A DNA stretch of 59,448 nt, the filler included, from Sphacelaria rigidula (Eukaryota): NCBI GenBank assembly GCA_964200075.2. It is 9 parts of 9 records of this genome, joined end to end, with 100 filler letters (N's around TTAATTAATTAA, not from the genome) between each part and the next. Parts side by side here need not be neighbours in the genome. Positions count along the whole stretch, not along the records: positions 6,618 to 13,134 come from CAXNAA020019597.1; positions 13,235 to 19,751 come from CAXNAA020019598.1; positions 19,852 to 26,368 come from CAXNAA020019599.1; 6 more parts are not named here. One strand, given 5' to 3'. Each line of letters begins with the position of its first letter. Position 1 is the first letter of the stretch. A model generated the notes under the pieces. That model worked only from the letters and a program-made list of their open reading frames with translations. It ran no database searches and had not been told where the DNA came from. Of the stretch, positions 11,891 to 24,938 are shown one piece after another. Position numbers and translations under genes: made by a program.

Positions 11891-13361
11891 GTTGGTATTA
11901 ACAAACCCAATCGCGAGGGATAGACCTACCTCAGATAGTAAACGGATCTCTGAAAGCCGTTCATTCTGAAAATATTGTGTTTTCTGAGCCCTGAGCATAG
12001 CATCGAGGCCTCGACTCGACAAGAAAGCGAGTGATCAAACAGTGGGAGGAAATGCGGGGGAAACGCACGGAGGAAACATCTATGGTGAAACCGGTTTCTT
12101 CGGGGCGACCGATAATTTTTCCAAGAAACTTCCGTTACCGTTACGCAACAAGCCATCGAATTGATGGGTGTGCTGTGGTAGTACACTGTTGTTGGCATGC
12201 TCCTTTGATCGCATCTACAGCACGAACTCTCGCGACCTATCACTCGAGAACTTGAGTTGTTCTGAAGCCGGGGTTTTGAAGAAGCTGCACTCAGGAATGT
12301 ACCATGCTCTGTAGAAGACACGCAGAGAAAGTCTTGTTTCACTTTTTTTAATTATTATATAGCAGCAGCGCCCCGCGCGCGATGTATTCGCTTCACGCCT
12401 GGTTAGTGTGAGAGAATGTGCCTCGACTGTGCCCAGCAACATGGAATTCAGCCACATTCAGCACGACTTGATTCATTTTTTATTTGGAGCTCCCGCTTGA
12501 CTCGAGGATCATTCTACAACTCAATTTTTTGCTTCCTCTCTTTATCCAAGTAGAGAAACGCCGCCCCCACAACATTAAATATCTGCGTGCGTATGCACAC
12601 AACAGTGCAGTAGAGTCCACGCGAGTTCGGCTCGAAAAGCCGATGGTTGATTATATATGTATATATATGCATATATATGGTTCTAGGGCAGACTACAGTA
12701 TGTCTGTAAATAACCCCAGATGGAGATAAGGGGAGAGTGGCCAGTCTGCCCTTGACTAGGGATGAGCGGGCAAGGCGGGGGTTGCACGGAAAACTAATGT
12801 AATCCAATCTTGTCCGATCGGTTGTTGACATATTTTCTTGGTCCGCAACCCTAACAATATGCCCTGGCCGTGCTCCCGTGAATGTTTTACCTCCTCTTTG
12901 TCTTTGTCTCCGGATTCCTTGCCTCTCTTGCTTTCCCTATCTTTTACATCTCGCTGCGTTTCTCACCGTCTCTCTTTTTTCATTCCACGCTTCTCTTCTT
13001 TTGCTCCCCCTCCTTCAGTTTCATTATGCTTATAATTTTTTTCATTTTTATTTTTTGTAGTTGTTTGTTCTCCTCCCCCCCCCCCCAACGTGCGAGTGGT
13101 CAAATGACTAAGGCAAGCAACAAATGAGTACGCCNNNNNNNNNNNNNNNNNNNNNNNNNNNNNNNNNNNNNNNNNNNNTTAATTAATTAANNNNNNNNNN
13201 NNNNNNNNNNNNNNNNNNNNNNNNNNNNNNNNNNTGACGCGCATGTCAGTGACCCCATAACGGTGGATTCCGTCGCACCCCCCTCGCCGGCCCCTGTTCT
13301 CCCAAATCCCAATACGGAATTCGGAGTCAGGATTGTGCCCTCAGTCGAGCTGCCCCTGGAC

Positions 13362-16300
13362 GAAGCTAACCCTCCTTTCTATTTAACCTACTTTGACACA
13401 GCCCGAACATAGACATGAAATAAAGAAGCTAACCCTCGTTTTGATTTAACCTACTCTAACACAGCCCGGACAAAGACATGAAATAGAGAAGCTTCCCCTC
13501 CTTTTTATTTACCCTACCATAACACAGCTCGGTCATAGACATGAAATAGAGAAGCTAAACCTCCTTTTTAGGTACCTTACTATAACACAGATCGGACATA
13601 AACATGAAATAGAGAAGCGAACCCTCCTTTTACATAACCTACCATACCACAGCCCGGACATGGACATGAAATAGAGAAGCTAACCCTCCTTTCTATTTGA
13701 CCTACTCTAACACAGCTCGGACATAGACATGGAATAGAGAAGCTTACCCTCCTTTTATTCAACCTACTCTAACACAGCCCGGACAAAGACATGAAATAGA
13801 GAAACTTCCACTCCTTTTTATTTGCCCTACCATAACACAGCCCCGACATAGACATGAAATAAAGAAGCTTACCCTCCTTTTTAGGTACCTTACTATAACA
13901 CAGATCGGACATAGACATGAAATAGAGAAGCGAACCCTCCTTTTACATAACCTACTATACCACAGCCCGGACATAGACATGAAATAGAGAAGCTAACCCT
14001 TCTTTCTATTCAACCTACTATACCACAGCCCGGACATAGACATGAAATAGAGAAGCTTACCCTCCTTTTTATGTAACTTCCTATAACACAGCCCGGACAT
14101 ACACATGAAATAAAGAAGCTAACCCCTCTTCTACATAACCTACTATACCACAGATCGGACATAGACATGAAATAGAGAAGCTAACCCTCCCTTCTATTTC
14201 ACCTACTCTAACACAGCTCGGACATAGACATGAAATAGAGAAGCTAACCCTCGTTTATATTCAACATACCATAACACAGCCCGGACAAAGACATGGAATA
14301 GAGAAGCAAACACTCGTTTTTATTTACCCTACCATAACACAGCCCGGACATAGAGATGAAATAGAGAAGCTTACCCTCCTTTTTATGAAAATTACTATAA
14401 CACAGATCGGACATACACATGAAATAGAGAAGCTAACCCTCCTTTTACATAACCTACTATACCACAGCCCGGACATAGACATGAAATAGAAAAGCTGACC
14501 TTCCTTTCTATCACCTATAATGACACAGCCCGGACATACACATGAAATAGAGAAGCTTACCCTTCTTTTTATGTAACCTACTATAACACAGCCCGGACGG
14601 AGACATGAAATAGAGAAGCTAACCCTTCTCTTACACAACCTACTATACCACAGCCCGGACATACACATGAAATAGAGAAGCTAAACCTCTCTTTTATGTA
14701 ACCTACTATAACACAGATCGGACATAGGCATGAAATAGAGAAGCTAACCCTTCTTCTGCATAACCTACCATACCACAGCCCGGACATGGACATGAAATAG
14801 AGAAGCTAACCCTCCTTTCTATTTGACCTACTCTAACACAGCTCGGACATAGACATGAAATAGAGAAGCGAACCCTCCTTTTACATAACCTACAATACCA
14901 CAGCCCCGACATAGACATGAAATAGACAAGCCAACCCTCCTTTCTATTTAACCTACTTTAACACAGCTCGGACATTGACATGGAATAGAGAAGCTAACCC
15001 TCGTTTTGATTCAACCTACTCTAACACAGCCCGGACAAAGACATGAAATAGAAAAGCTTCCCCTCCTTTTTTTACCCTACCATAACACAGCTCGGACATA
15101 GACATGAAATAGAAAAGCTTATCCTCCTTTTTAGGTACGTTACTATAACACAGATCGGACATACACATGAAATAGAAAAGCGAACCCTCCTTTTACATAA
15201 CCTACAATACCACAGCCCGGACATAGAGATGAAATAGAGAAGCTTACCCTCCTTTTTATGTAACCTACTATAACACAGCCCGGACATACACATGAAATAG
15301 AAAAGCTAACCCTTCTCTTACACAGCCTACTATACCACAGCCCGGACATACACATGAAATAGAGGAGCTAACCCTCCTTTTTTATGTAACCTACTATAAC
15401 ACAGATCGGACATAGACATGAAATAGAGAAGCTAACCCTTCTTCTACATAACCTACCATACCACAGCCCGGACATAGACATGAAATAGAGAAGCTAACCC
15501 TCCCTTCTATTTCACCTACACTAACACAGCTCGGACATACACATGAAATAGAGAAGCGAACCCTCCTTCTACATAACCTACAATACCACAGCCCGGACAT
15601 GGACATGAAACAGAGAATTTAACCCTCCTTTCTATTCAACCTACTCTAACACAGCTCGGACATTGACATGGAATAGAGAAGCTAACCGTCGTTTTGATTT
15701 CAACTACTCTAACACAGCCCGGACAAAGACATGGAATAGAGAAGCTTCACCTCCTTTTTATTTACCCTACCATAACACAGCCCGGACATAGACATGAAAT
15801 AGAAAAGCTTACTCTCCTTTTTAGGTACGTTACTATAACACAGATCGGACATACACATGAAATAGAAAAGCGAACCCTCCTTTTACATAACCTACTATAC
15901 CACAGCCCGGACATACACATAAAAATAGAGAAGCTTACCCTTCTTTTTATGTAACCTACTATAACACAGATCGGACATACACATGAAATAGAGAAGCTAA
16001 CCCTTCTCTTACACAGCCTACTATACCACAGCCCGGACATACACATGAAATAGATGAGCTAAACCTCCTTTTTATGTAACCTACTATAACATAGATCGGA
16101 CATACACATGAAATAGAGAAGCTAACCCTTCTTCTACATAACCTACCATACCACAGCCCGGACATAGACATGAAATAGAGAAGCTAACCCTCCCTTCTAT
16201 TTCACCTACTCTAACACAGCTCGGACATACACATGAAATAGAGAAGCTAACCCTCGTTTTCATTTAACCTACCATAACACAGCCCGGACAAAGACATGGA

Positions 16301-19300
16301 ATAGAGAAGCTTACCCTCCTTTTTATTTACCCTACCATAACACAGCCCGGACATAGAGATTAAATAGAGAAGCTTACCCTTCTTTTTATGAAAATTACTT
16401 CAACACAGGTCGGACATAAACATGAGATAGAGAAGCTTACACTCCTCTTATGTAACTTCCTATGACACAGCCCGGACATAGACATGGAATAGAGAAGCTT
16501 ACCGTCGTTTTTATGTAACCTACTATAACACAGCTCGGACATAGACATGAAATGGAGAAGCTTACCCTCGTTATATGTACCTTATTATAACACAGCTCGG
16601 ACGAAGACATGAACCCTCCTTTTACATAACCTACAATACCATTGCCCGGACATAGACATGAAATAGAGAAGCTAACCCTCCTTTCTGTTCAACCTACTCT
16701 TACACAGCTCGGACATTGACATGGAATAAAGAAGCTAACCCTTTTTTTGATTTAACCTTCTCTAACACAGCCCGGACAAAGACATGAAATAGAGAAGCTC
16801 CCCGTCCTTTTCATTTACCCTACCATAACACAGCCCGGACATAGACATGAAATAGAAACGCTTACCCTCCTTTTTAGGTACGTTACTATAACACAGATGG
16901 GACATACACATGAAATAAAGAAGCTAACCCTACTTTTACATAACCTACTATACCACAGCCCGGACATACACATGAAATAGAGAAGCTAACCCTCCCTTCT
17001 ATTTAACCTACTCTACCACAGCTCGGACATAGACATGAAAGAAAGAAGCTAACCCTCGTTTTTATCCAACCTACCATAACACAGCCCGGACAAAGACATG
17101 GGATAGAGAAGCTTATCCTCCTTTTCATTCACCCTACCATAACACAGCCGGGATATAGGAATGAAATAGAGAAGTTTACCCTCCTTTTTATGAAAATTAC
17201 TATACCATAGATCGGACATAAACATGAAATAGGGAAGCGAACCCTCTTTTCACATAACCTACTATACCACAGCCCCGACATAGACATGAAATAGAGAAGC
17301 TAACCCTCCTTTCTATTCAACCTACTCTAACAAAGCTCGGACATTGACATAAAATAGAGAAGCTTACCCTCCTTTTATTTAACCTACTCTAACACAGCCC
17401 GGACAAAGACATGAAATAGAGAAGCTTCCCCTCCTTTTTACTTACCCTACCATTACACAGCCCGGACATAGACATGATATAGAGAAGCGAACCCTCCTTT
17501 TTAGGTACCTTACTATAACACAGATCAGACATACACATGAAATAGAATAGCGAACCCTCCTTTTACATAACCTACTCTACCACAGCCCGGACATAGACAT
17601 GAAATAGAGGAGCTGACCTTCCTTTCTATTCAACCTACAATGACACAGCCCGGACATACACATGAAATAGAGAAGCTTACCCTCCCTTTTATGTAACCTA
17701 CTATAACACAGCCCGGACATACACATGAAATAGAGAAGCTAACCCTTCTTTTACATAACCTACTATACCACAGCCCGGACATACACATGAAGTAGAGAAG
17801 CTAACCCTCCTATTGATGTAATCGCTCTAACACAGATCGGACATACACATGGAATAGAGAAGATAACCCTTCTTTTACATAACCTACTATACCACAGCCC
17901 GGACACAGACATGAAATAGAGAAGCTAACCCTCCCTTCTATTTCACTTACTCTAACACAGGTCGGACATAGACATGGAATAGAGAAGCTTACCCTCCTTT
18001 TCATTCACCCTACCATAACACAGCCCGGACAAAGAGATGAAATAGAGAAGCTGACCCTCCTTTTTATGAAAGTTACTATGACACAGATCGGACATAAACA
18101 TGAAATAGAAAAGCTTACCCTCCTTTTATGTAACTTCCTATAACACAGCCTGGACATAGACATGGAATAGAGAAGCTTACCCTCGTTGTCATGTAACCTA
18201 CTATAACACAGCTCGGACATAGACATGAAATAGAGAAGCTTACCCTCGTTTTCATTTACCTTATTATAACACAGCTCGGACAAAGAGAAGGAGTAGAGAA
18301 GCTGACCCTCCTTTTTATGTACCTTACTATAACACAGCTCGGACATAAAGATGAAATAAAGAAGCTTACCCTCCTTTTATTCAACCTACAATAACACAGC
18401 TCGGACATACACATGAAATAGAGAAGCTAACGCTCTTTTTTATGTAACATTATATAACACAGCTCGGACATACACATGAAATAGAGGAGCTAACCCTCGT
18501 TTTTATGTAACTTACTATAACACAGCGTGGGCATAGATATAAAAATAGAGAAGCTAACCCTCCTTTTACATAAACTACTATAATTCAGCCCGGACATAGA
18601 CATGAAATAGAGAAGCTAACCCTCCTTTCTACTTAACCTACTTTGACACAGCCCGAACATAGACATGAAATGGAGAAGCCAACCCACCTTTGTATTTACC
18701 CTACCATAACACAGCTCGGACATACACATGAAATAGAGAAGCTTACCCTCTTTCTTATGCAACTTAGTTTAACACAGATCAAACATCAACATAAAATAGA
18801 GAGGCGAACCTTCTTTTCACATAAGCTACTATACCGCAGCCCGGACATAGACATGAAATAGAGAAGCTTACCCTCGTTTTTATGTACCTTACTATAACAC
18901 AGCTCGGACAAAGAGATGGAGTAGAGAAGCTAACCCTCTTTTTTATGTACCTTACTATAACACAGCCGTGACATAGACATGGAATAGAGAAGCTAACCCT
19001 CCTTTCTATTCAACCAACTCTAACACAGCTCGGACATTGACATGGAATAGAGAAGCTAACCCTCGTTTTTATTCAACCTACTCTAACACAGCCCGGACAA
19101 AGACATGAAATAGAGAAACTTCCCCTCCTTTTGATTTACCCTACCATAGCTCAGCCCGGACATAGACATAAAATAAAGAAACTTACCCTCCTTTTTAGGT
19201 ACCTTACTATAACACAGATCGGACATACACATGGAATAGAGAAGCTAACCCTTCTTTCACATAACCTACTATACCACAGCCCGGTCATAGACATGAAATA

Positions 19301-19751
19301 GAGAAGCTAACTCTCCCTTCTATTTCACCTACTCTAACACAGCTCGGACATGGACATGAAATAGAGAAGCTAACCCTCCCTTCTATATCACCAACTCTAA
19401 CACAGCCCGGACATAGAGATGGAATAGAGAAGCTAACCCTCCTTTTTATTCACCCTACCATGACAAGGCCCGGACAGAGATATGAAATAGAGAAGCTTAC
19501 CCTCGTTTATATGTGACCTACGATAACACAGCTCGGACATAGACATGAAATAGAGAAGCTTACCCTCGTTTTTATTTACCTTATTATAACACAGCTCGGA
19601 CAAAGAGAAGGAGTAGAGAAGCTAACCCTCCTTTTTATGTACCTTACTATAACACAGCTCGGACATAAAGATGAAATAAAGAAGCTTACCCTCCTTTTAT
19701 TCAACCTACAATAACACAGCTCGGACATACACATGAAATAGAGAAGCTAAC
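13362..19751. repeat. Satellite array of ~100 monomers of 62-63 bp with a 5-mer higher-order repeat
   Basis: Consensus GAAATAGAGAAGCTAACCCTCCTTTTTAT(N)AACCTACTATAACACAGCCCGGACATAGACAT, with measured periods of 63, 63 and 62 bp (13981, 14044, 14107, 14169). The array runs to the contig end. Confidence 0.97.
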
Positions 19752-19851
19752 NNNNNNNNNNNNNNNNNNNNNNNNNNNNNNNNNNNNNNNNNNNNTTAAT
19801 TAATTAANNNNNNNNNNNNNNNNNNNNNNNNNNNNNNNNNNNNNNNNNNNN

Positions 19852-20055
19852 CTGGTCCGGCCAAAACCCGGCGTGCTCCGTCCCGGCTTTGTAGGGATAC
19901 GGGGTCAATGGTCTGATGATTACGGTATGCATGATCATGAGTACATCCCTCCAAAGATTACGAGTGGGAAGGGTGCTCTGTCTCGCATGGGGTGATTGGT
20001 CAGTGATCGAACGACTAAGGCAAGCATCAAATAGGTAGCCCCCCCCCCCCCCCCC
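19852..20055 (+). mobile_element. 3' part of the poly(C)-flanked element plus a second diverged tail
   Basis: The 46-bp unit is followed by the tail CAATGGTC..ATGATCATGAGTACATCCC. A second tail-like GACTAAGGCAAGCATCAAATAGGTAG precedes a C17 run. Confidence 0.75.
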
Positions 20056-20607
20056 AAAAGAAAAACACAAATATACAAACACACAAGCTAACAAGCTAAC
20101 AAGTCAACATACAAAAATGCCACAACTGTTTGTACTCTCGCGATAAATTCCTTAGAGTGCCCTCACCTCCCAACGCCTGCACTGCTTGTTATGGTTGACT
20201 GAATGGATGTATTGTGGACACCTGATCGCTTTCCTCACGACATGAGTGCATCGAGTCTTCGGTTCGTATTTTTTTCTTCACGTCCGACTATTATTATCCT
20301 TATCCTTATCATTATCATCATCTTTATCATCATCATCATCATCATTATACTTGGGAAATGGTAACACGAGCTGTACTGACACTCCGCGCTGTGTTTTACG
20401 TAGAGTAAAAAAACGCAAAATACATCCCTTTACGCGATGTTTAATGCCTACGAAAATCGATTCTTCGCAACGGTCAACCATCCGCTCCGCACGTACAATA
20501 TGAACAATCACGCTATTAGTAGTACGCTCCTCGCCCGTGTATTGTTTTTGTACTGTCGCCAAGTAACGTTCAAAGTTTTTTTTTTACTTGGATCCAACAA
20601 ATCGCAG

Positions 20608-20793
20608 ACCAGCGGTATGGACTGGCTGCCGTACGAATCCATCGACCGTCTTCTGGCGTTGTGCGAAGCCAGCCTTTCTCGAGGAGTACCCGCCAACTCT
20701 TCGGTGGATGACACCAAGCGGCGGGAGAAAAGGCGCGCTAAGCTTAGATCTGCTCTCATCGAAACTGAACAGAAGCTGAAGACATACTTCAAG
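20608..20793 (+). CDS. Isolated internal exon of an unidentified protein
   Basis: CAG|ACC...AAG|GTGAAA boundaries, 186 bp, phase 0-0, open frame TSGMDWLPYESIDRLLALCEASLSRG...KRREKRRAKLRSALIETEQKLKTYFK. Family not recognised. Confidence 0.6.
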
Positions 20794-21920
20794 GTGAAAT
20801 TTCAGCTCGTTTCTGGCACTTCGTCCCTATCATGACGCCTATGGATTTGTTCTGCTGCTGCTGCTGCTGCTGCTGCTATTGCTATTGTTGTTGTTGTTGT
20901 TGTTGTTGGCTTGAACTCTACACGTTTCGTTGTGGAGAAGAGGCGTGAAAACGTTTCTGCAAATTAACATTTTTCAACGTGGCGGAGTTCAAGAGGTGTG
21001 GGAATGGTGGCGTTGAGGGGGACGGGGGGCATGGGCAGGAGGAACGGCGAGGGAGGAGGTGTTGGCGAGTTCCATCCCTTTCGGCACTTTTTTGGGGGTT
21101 TTTGGCATCGTTGAAATTTTGTTTGCCTGCTTCTGTTCGTTCGTGCAGTGCGGGCTCGGACTGTTTATCACGTCCACAACCCGCACGCCGGCCAAATTCT
21201 CACGATAGGTGACGCCCAACATTCGGCGGTAGGAATACATGAACATGCATGTCGTTCTCGCGAGGTATTGGACCATGTACACGTTGTGGGAAGGGGGTGG
21301 AAGTGTACGATTTACGATGTTTTCGTGAGATGGAGAGTTTAGCGTTGATTGACAGTGAGGTTTGATATTCGCTCCAACTTGACCGTTTTTTTTTTAATCT
21401 TTTGTGCGCTTTTTTTCATATTTTCCTGGTACACTGTCGTCTGCTCACAGCTAGCAACACCTCGATATCCTACTCAGGGATATCAAAAGCTTCAGTGGCA
21501 AGCTACTGCAGAAAGCGTATCGGGCCTCGTGGAGGGGCATTTCGGAACTGAAACTATTTCATTCATTCATTGACCGTTTCATACTCTCGATCGTGTCCTC
21601 GATTCTCAATTTCACGAAAACGTCGTTGATTGGGGTTGTTTTGTGCTCATCGCAGAGGGAGAACTTGGGATTGTTTTTCGCTTCTTGGGCTCCGCGAGGC
21701 GCAGGTTCAATTGACGCTACGGTCAAGATGTCAACATTCAGGCCGTGTCTCAGGATATTATTTTTTTATCGAGAGAGTGCGGTGGAGAACGAATATCCCG
21801 ATATGACGGGTCATGATTTCAACCATCTTCAAAATAAACAACGATAGCTGAAATCACGACCTATTAGCTTGGAGTTTCCTTTTCCACCGCACATTTTTGA
21901 TGAAAAACATAATGTGCTAA

Positions 21921-22390
21921 GGCTACTTCTTATGTATAAAAAAATCAAACTTGTTGAAGAGTGCATTTTTGGCCCTTCTCCGTCGTTTTCCTCTCGCAAA
22001 GGGGGCCAGGCGGATGTTGTCACCTTGGAATGACTTGCTCTATTCGCTAAGACGGTTCCAGAGCATCTTTGCGTTTCCCGTAGGTAACGGTTTCGTTCTT
22101 GGCCAAACTTGCATTTCCAATAACAAACGGTCAAGTTACAAAAAAACAGGGGGGAAACTGGCATTTTCTGGTAACTTGACCGTTTGTTATCGAAAATGCA
22201 AGTTTGGCTAAAAACGAAACCGTCACCTACGGAAACCGTGAAGGTGCTCTGGAACGGTCTCAGCGAATAAAGCAAGTCATTTCAAGGTGTCAACATCCGC
22301 CTGGCCCTCTTCTCGGGGGGGGAAACGACGGAGAAGGGCCAAATATGCACTTTTCAACAACTTTTATTTTTTTATACATGAGAAGTAGCC
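21921..22390. mobile_element. Fold-back MITE, PIF/Harbinger (Tourist)-like, 470 bp
   Basis: The element is almost entirely one inverted repeat (arms ~225 bp, loop ~15 nt). Termini are GGCTACTTCT...AGAAGTAGCC with a TAA target-site duplication (21918-21920, 22391-22393). Confidence 0.88.
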
Positions 22391-24938
22391 TAAGACACGC
22401 CCTCAGGCGTAGATACCTGTAGCAGAAAAAGCAAAAGAAACCGTTAGGCGGTGTCTTTTAGACACAAGAGTAAGGGGTTCGCAAATCAGCTTTCAGAACA
22501 AGCATGGTAGTTGTTGCCGCGATACCACCACTCTCCCTCGAAAAAAAAAGGTGACGACTCTTTTTCGAAAAGGAAGAGGCTTTTGGTCCACTTGCCCGTT
22601 TTTGTTTTTATGCGTTAAACTGCTGTATGGAAAAGTCATTTGGTCTTTTCCGTCAGAACGATTTGCTTGAATGCGAGACTTGCTGAGCGGCGCAATGACC
22701 CAAAGTGTAGTTGGTTCACGCCAGTCCCACAGCCGACGTACATGCGTGAACTTCTGATCCCACAGCACTCCTAGGGTAAAGTATGCATAGCTCGAGCCGT
22801 ACCTGTGGATCAAACAAGTACGACCCGGTTTGATTAGGTGAAGCCGGTTCGCAACTGAAGGAGGCATGATGGTTTCCATTCAGATGGGCGCCGTTTAACA
22901 CATTCACAAGCGGTCAACGGCTTTATCGCGAGGAAATATTCTGGCGCGCGCGCACACACACAGCTGACTTTGTTTCGATACCGAACGGATTATCGTCAAA
23001 CGAACAGCACAACGGGTGGATTATTAAGAGCTGGCGCTAGACGGGATGCACTTGTGATGCGGGTATCTAATTGTTTCGTATTCCTCCGGGCGCGGTTGTG
23101 TAGGTGTAACGTGCTTTGGTCATGCATGCTGTCGGGTCTGTTGAGGTTGGCAGACGTGCTTGGGACTGCGTCTACTTCCCCCAAAAAACACGCCTCTATC
23201 AGAACAACCCGTTTTGTGTTTCCTCGTTAAGATTCAAGCTAGTCGTTGCGGGCAAAAACAAACTTTTCTTACCTTTGTCATGTGGGGAGGGAGTTGCCGA
23301 CATCACCAGGTATGCTGCCGTGTCGGTTAACCGCATAGCCGGAGATTCGAACGTTTTGTATCATTGTGGCACACGCGAGTATAACATGTGCGATGACGTC
23401 AAATGCCCTCATCTTGTCCCCTTATGATGCGGGCGGGCTCTGTTTCGTTTTGATAGGTGGCCAAGGCGAAATCGGATAATCCATCAACGAGCACCGAGTC
23501 CACGTCCTCCCCGCTCAGGATGATCATGGACTAAGTATAAGTAGAGTGTAGCCTATGAGATGATGACACCGAACGATTCGTGTACGTTCCTCCTCTGTGG
23601 TGCCGCTGTGTATTTAGTACTTCTATCTCGGTGAAGAGTGGGCCCAGACGTAGCATCACTGGGAGCGTATCTGGCGTTTTACATCAACAAGAATGCACGC
23701 ATATTGTACGCCAGGTGCGCGCACGCGATGGCCGAGATCTATCCCTGCATTTGTAGAATGTGTGGAAGGGCGGGGAATGGCGGTTCTTGGGTAGAGTGTA
23801 CTGTCGAAGGGAGGTATCGGGTGCCCACAGTTTGCTGATTGGCCAAGTTCTTCCGAAGAGGAACTTTTGATTGGTTGAAAATCCCCGGTCGACCATTGAT
23901 GTCATCCAGGGCAGTGACATCCTTTTCCGGAACATTTTAGTAGTTCAACTTGACCATGGATGCTGACGTCAGCCTTCATTTGTTGCGGATTGGCGTCGTA
24001 TTTTTTTTGTAAGGTAGGGAGGGTACTACCCAACAAGTATAGTACCGGCCTTGAATAGCCACTTGCTTGCGTTTTCGAAATAGCCGTTGGCTTTGCTGGG
24101 TTGGGGCAGAGCTGACCTATGCTGTTCTCTCACACAATAAAGTGGGGGTAGCGCGGCATCGTGTGAGGGTGTTCGTTGGGAGTCCAGGTTTGTGAGGGAA
24201 CCGTTTTTCCCGTTTTTTTTCATCATTTTTTCCACGTCTTCCAGGGTTTTTATTCTGTCGGAATTTGCATGATTTGTTCTCCAACATGGTGCAAGTTTCT
24301 ATTTCCGACTTGAAACATTGGTATCCCCCAAGATTCCCCTCGACTGGTTGTCATCGCGTAGTTTGGTGAACTCGAATACGGGACTATACTACTACGCTGA
24401 AGGTTTTGCTGTTTTGCTGATGATATTGGGCGCCTGCGATTCTAGCATGAAAGATTGAGATTGCAATATGGAATCTATGAGGTAGGTTGCAACCAATAGG
24501 GAAGCTATCGTTTTTCCTTTTCCTCCGCGGGAAAGTAAATGGAAAAATCCCGAACCAACACCGCCGTCTAGGACGTGTCCTTCATATCACATTCGCATGT
24601 CTGAGTCATTTTTTCCATCAGGGTGACAAGGGCCTTATGTTTCGCGCACTGTGTCCTCTGGAACAGCCGGTCATTTTCGGTTTCGTAGACCGAATGGAGT
24701 CACGATTTATGGCACGAGTCAGGCACTCATGATGAACGAAAGCTGTATGTACTGGGAGGCTTCTCGCCGATGACCATTCTACCTGCCGCCCTTGTTACTG
24801 TCGGATTCTACCGTCTAAAGCGTGAGGATGTGGTGAGAGATAGGTTCATCCCTTGAGACCACGGACTCGTCCCGAGGAAGGTGAGGGGTTCGGAATGAGA
24901 CAACCAAACAAAACCCATGTGCCGGTGGAGTGACAGGA

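Noticed and set aside
13580..18861. Cys-rich 21-aa repeat ORFs (KRRVSFSISCLCPGC...) and plus-strand HEIEKLTLL repeats
   Set aside because: These are a by-product of the 63-bp period. The 62-bp monomers shift the frame and stops are frequent.
13362..19751. CRISPR-like array (constant ~42 bp plus variable ~20 bp)
   Set aside because: The variable parts are recurring homologous variants, not unique spacers. There are no cas genes and the context is eukaryotic.
19905..19925. Hammerhead ribozyme core CTGATGA in the poly(C) element (retrozyme idea)
   Set aside because: The motif is not conserved in other copies (GTTATGA, CATATGA, CATATGG), and there is no matching GAAA core or stems.
23618..23714. 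Second exon of the contig-4 gene
   Set aside because: AG/GT sites exist, but the phase-0 frame contains a TAG and no frame gives a recognisable product.
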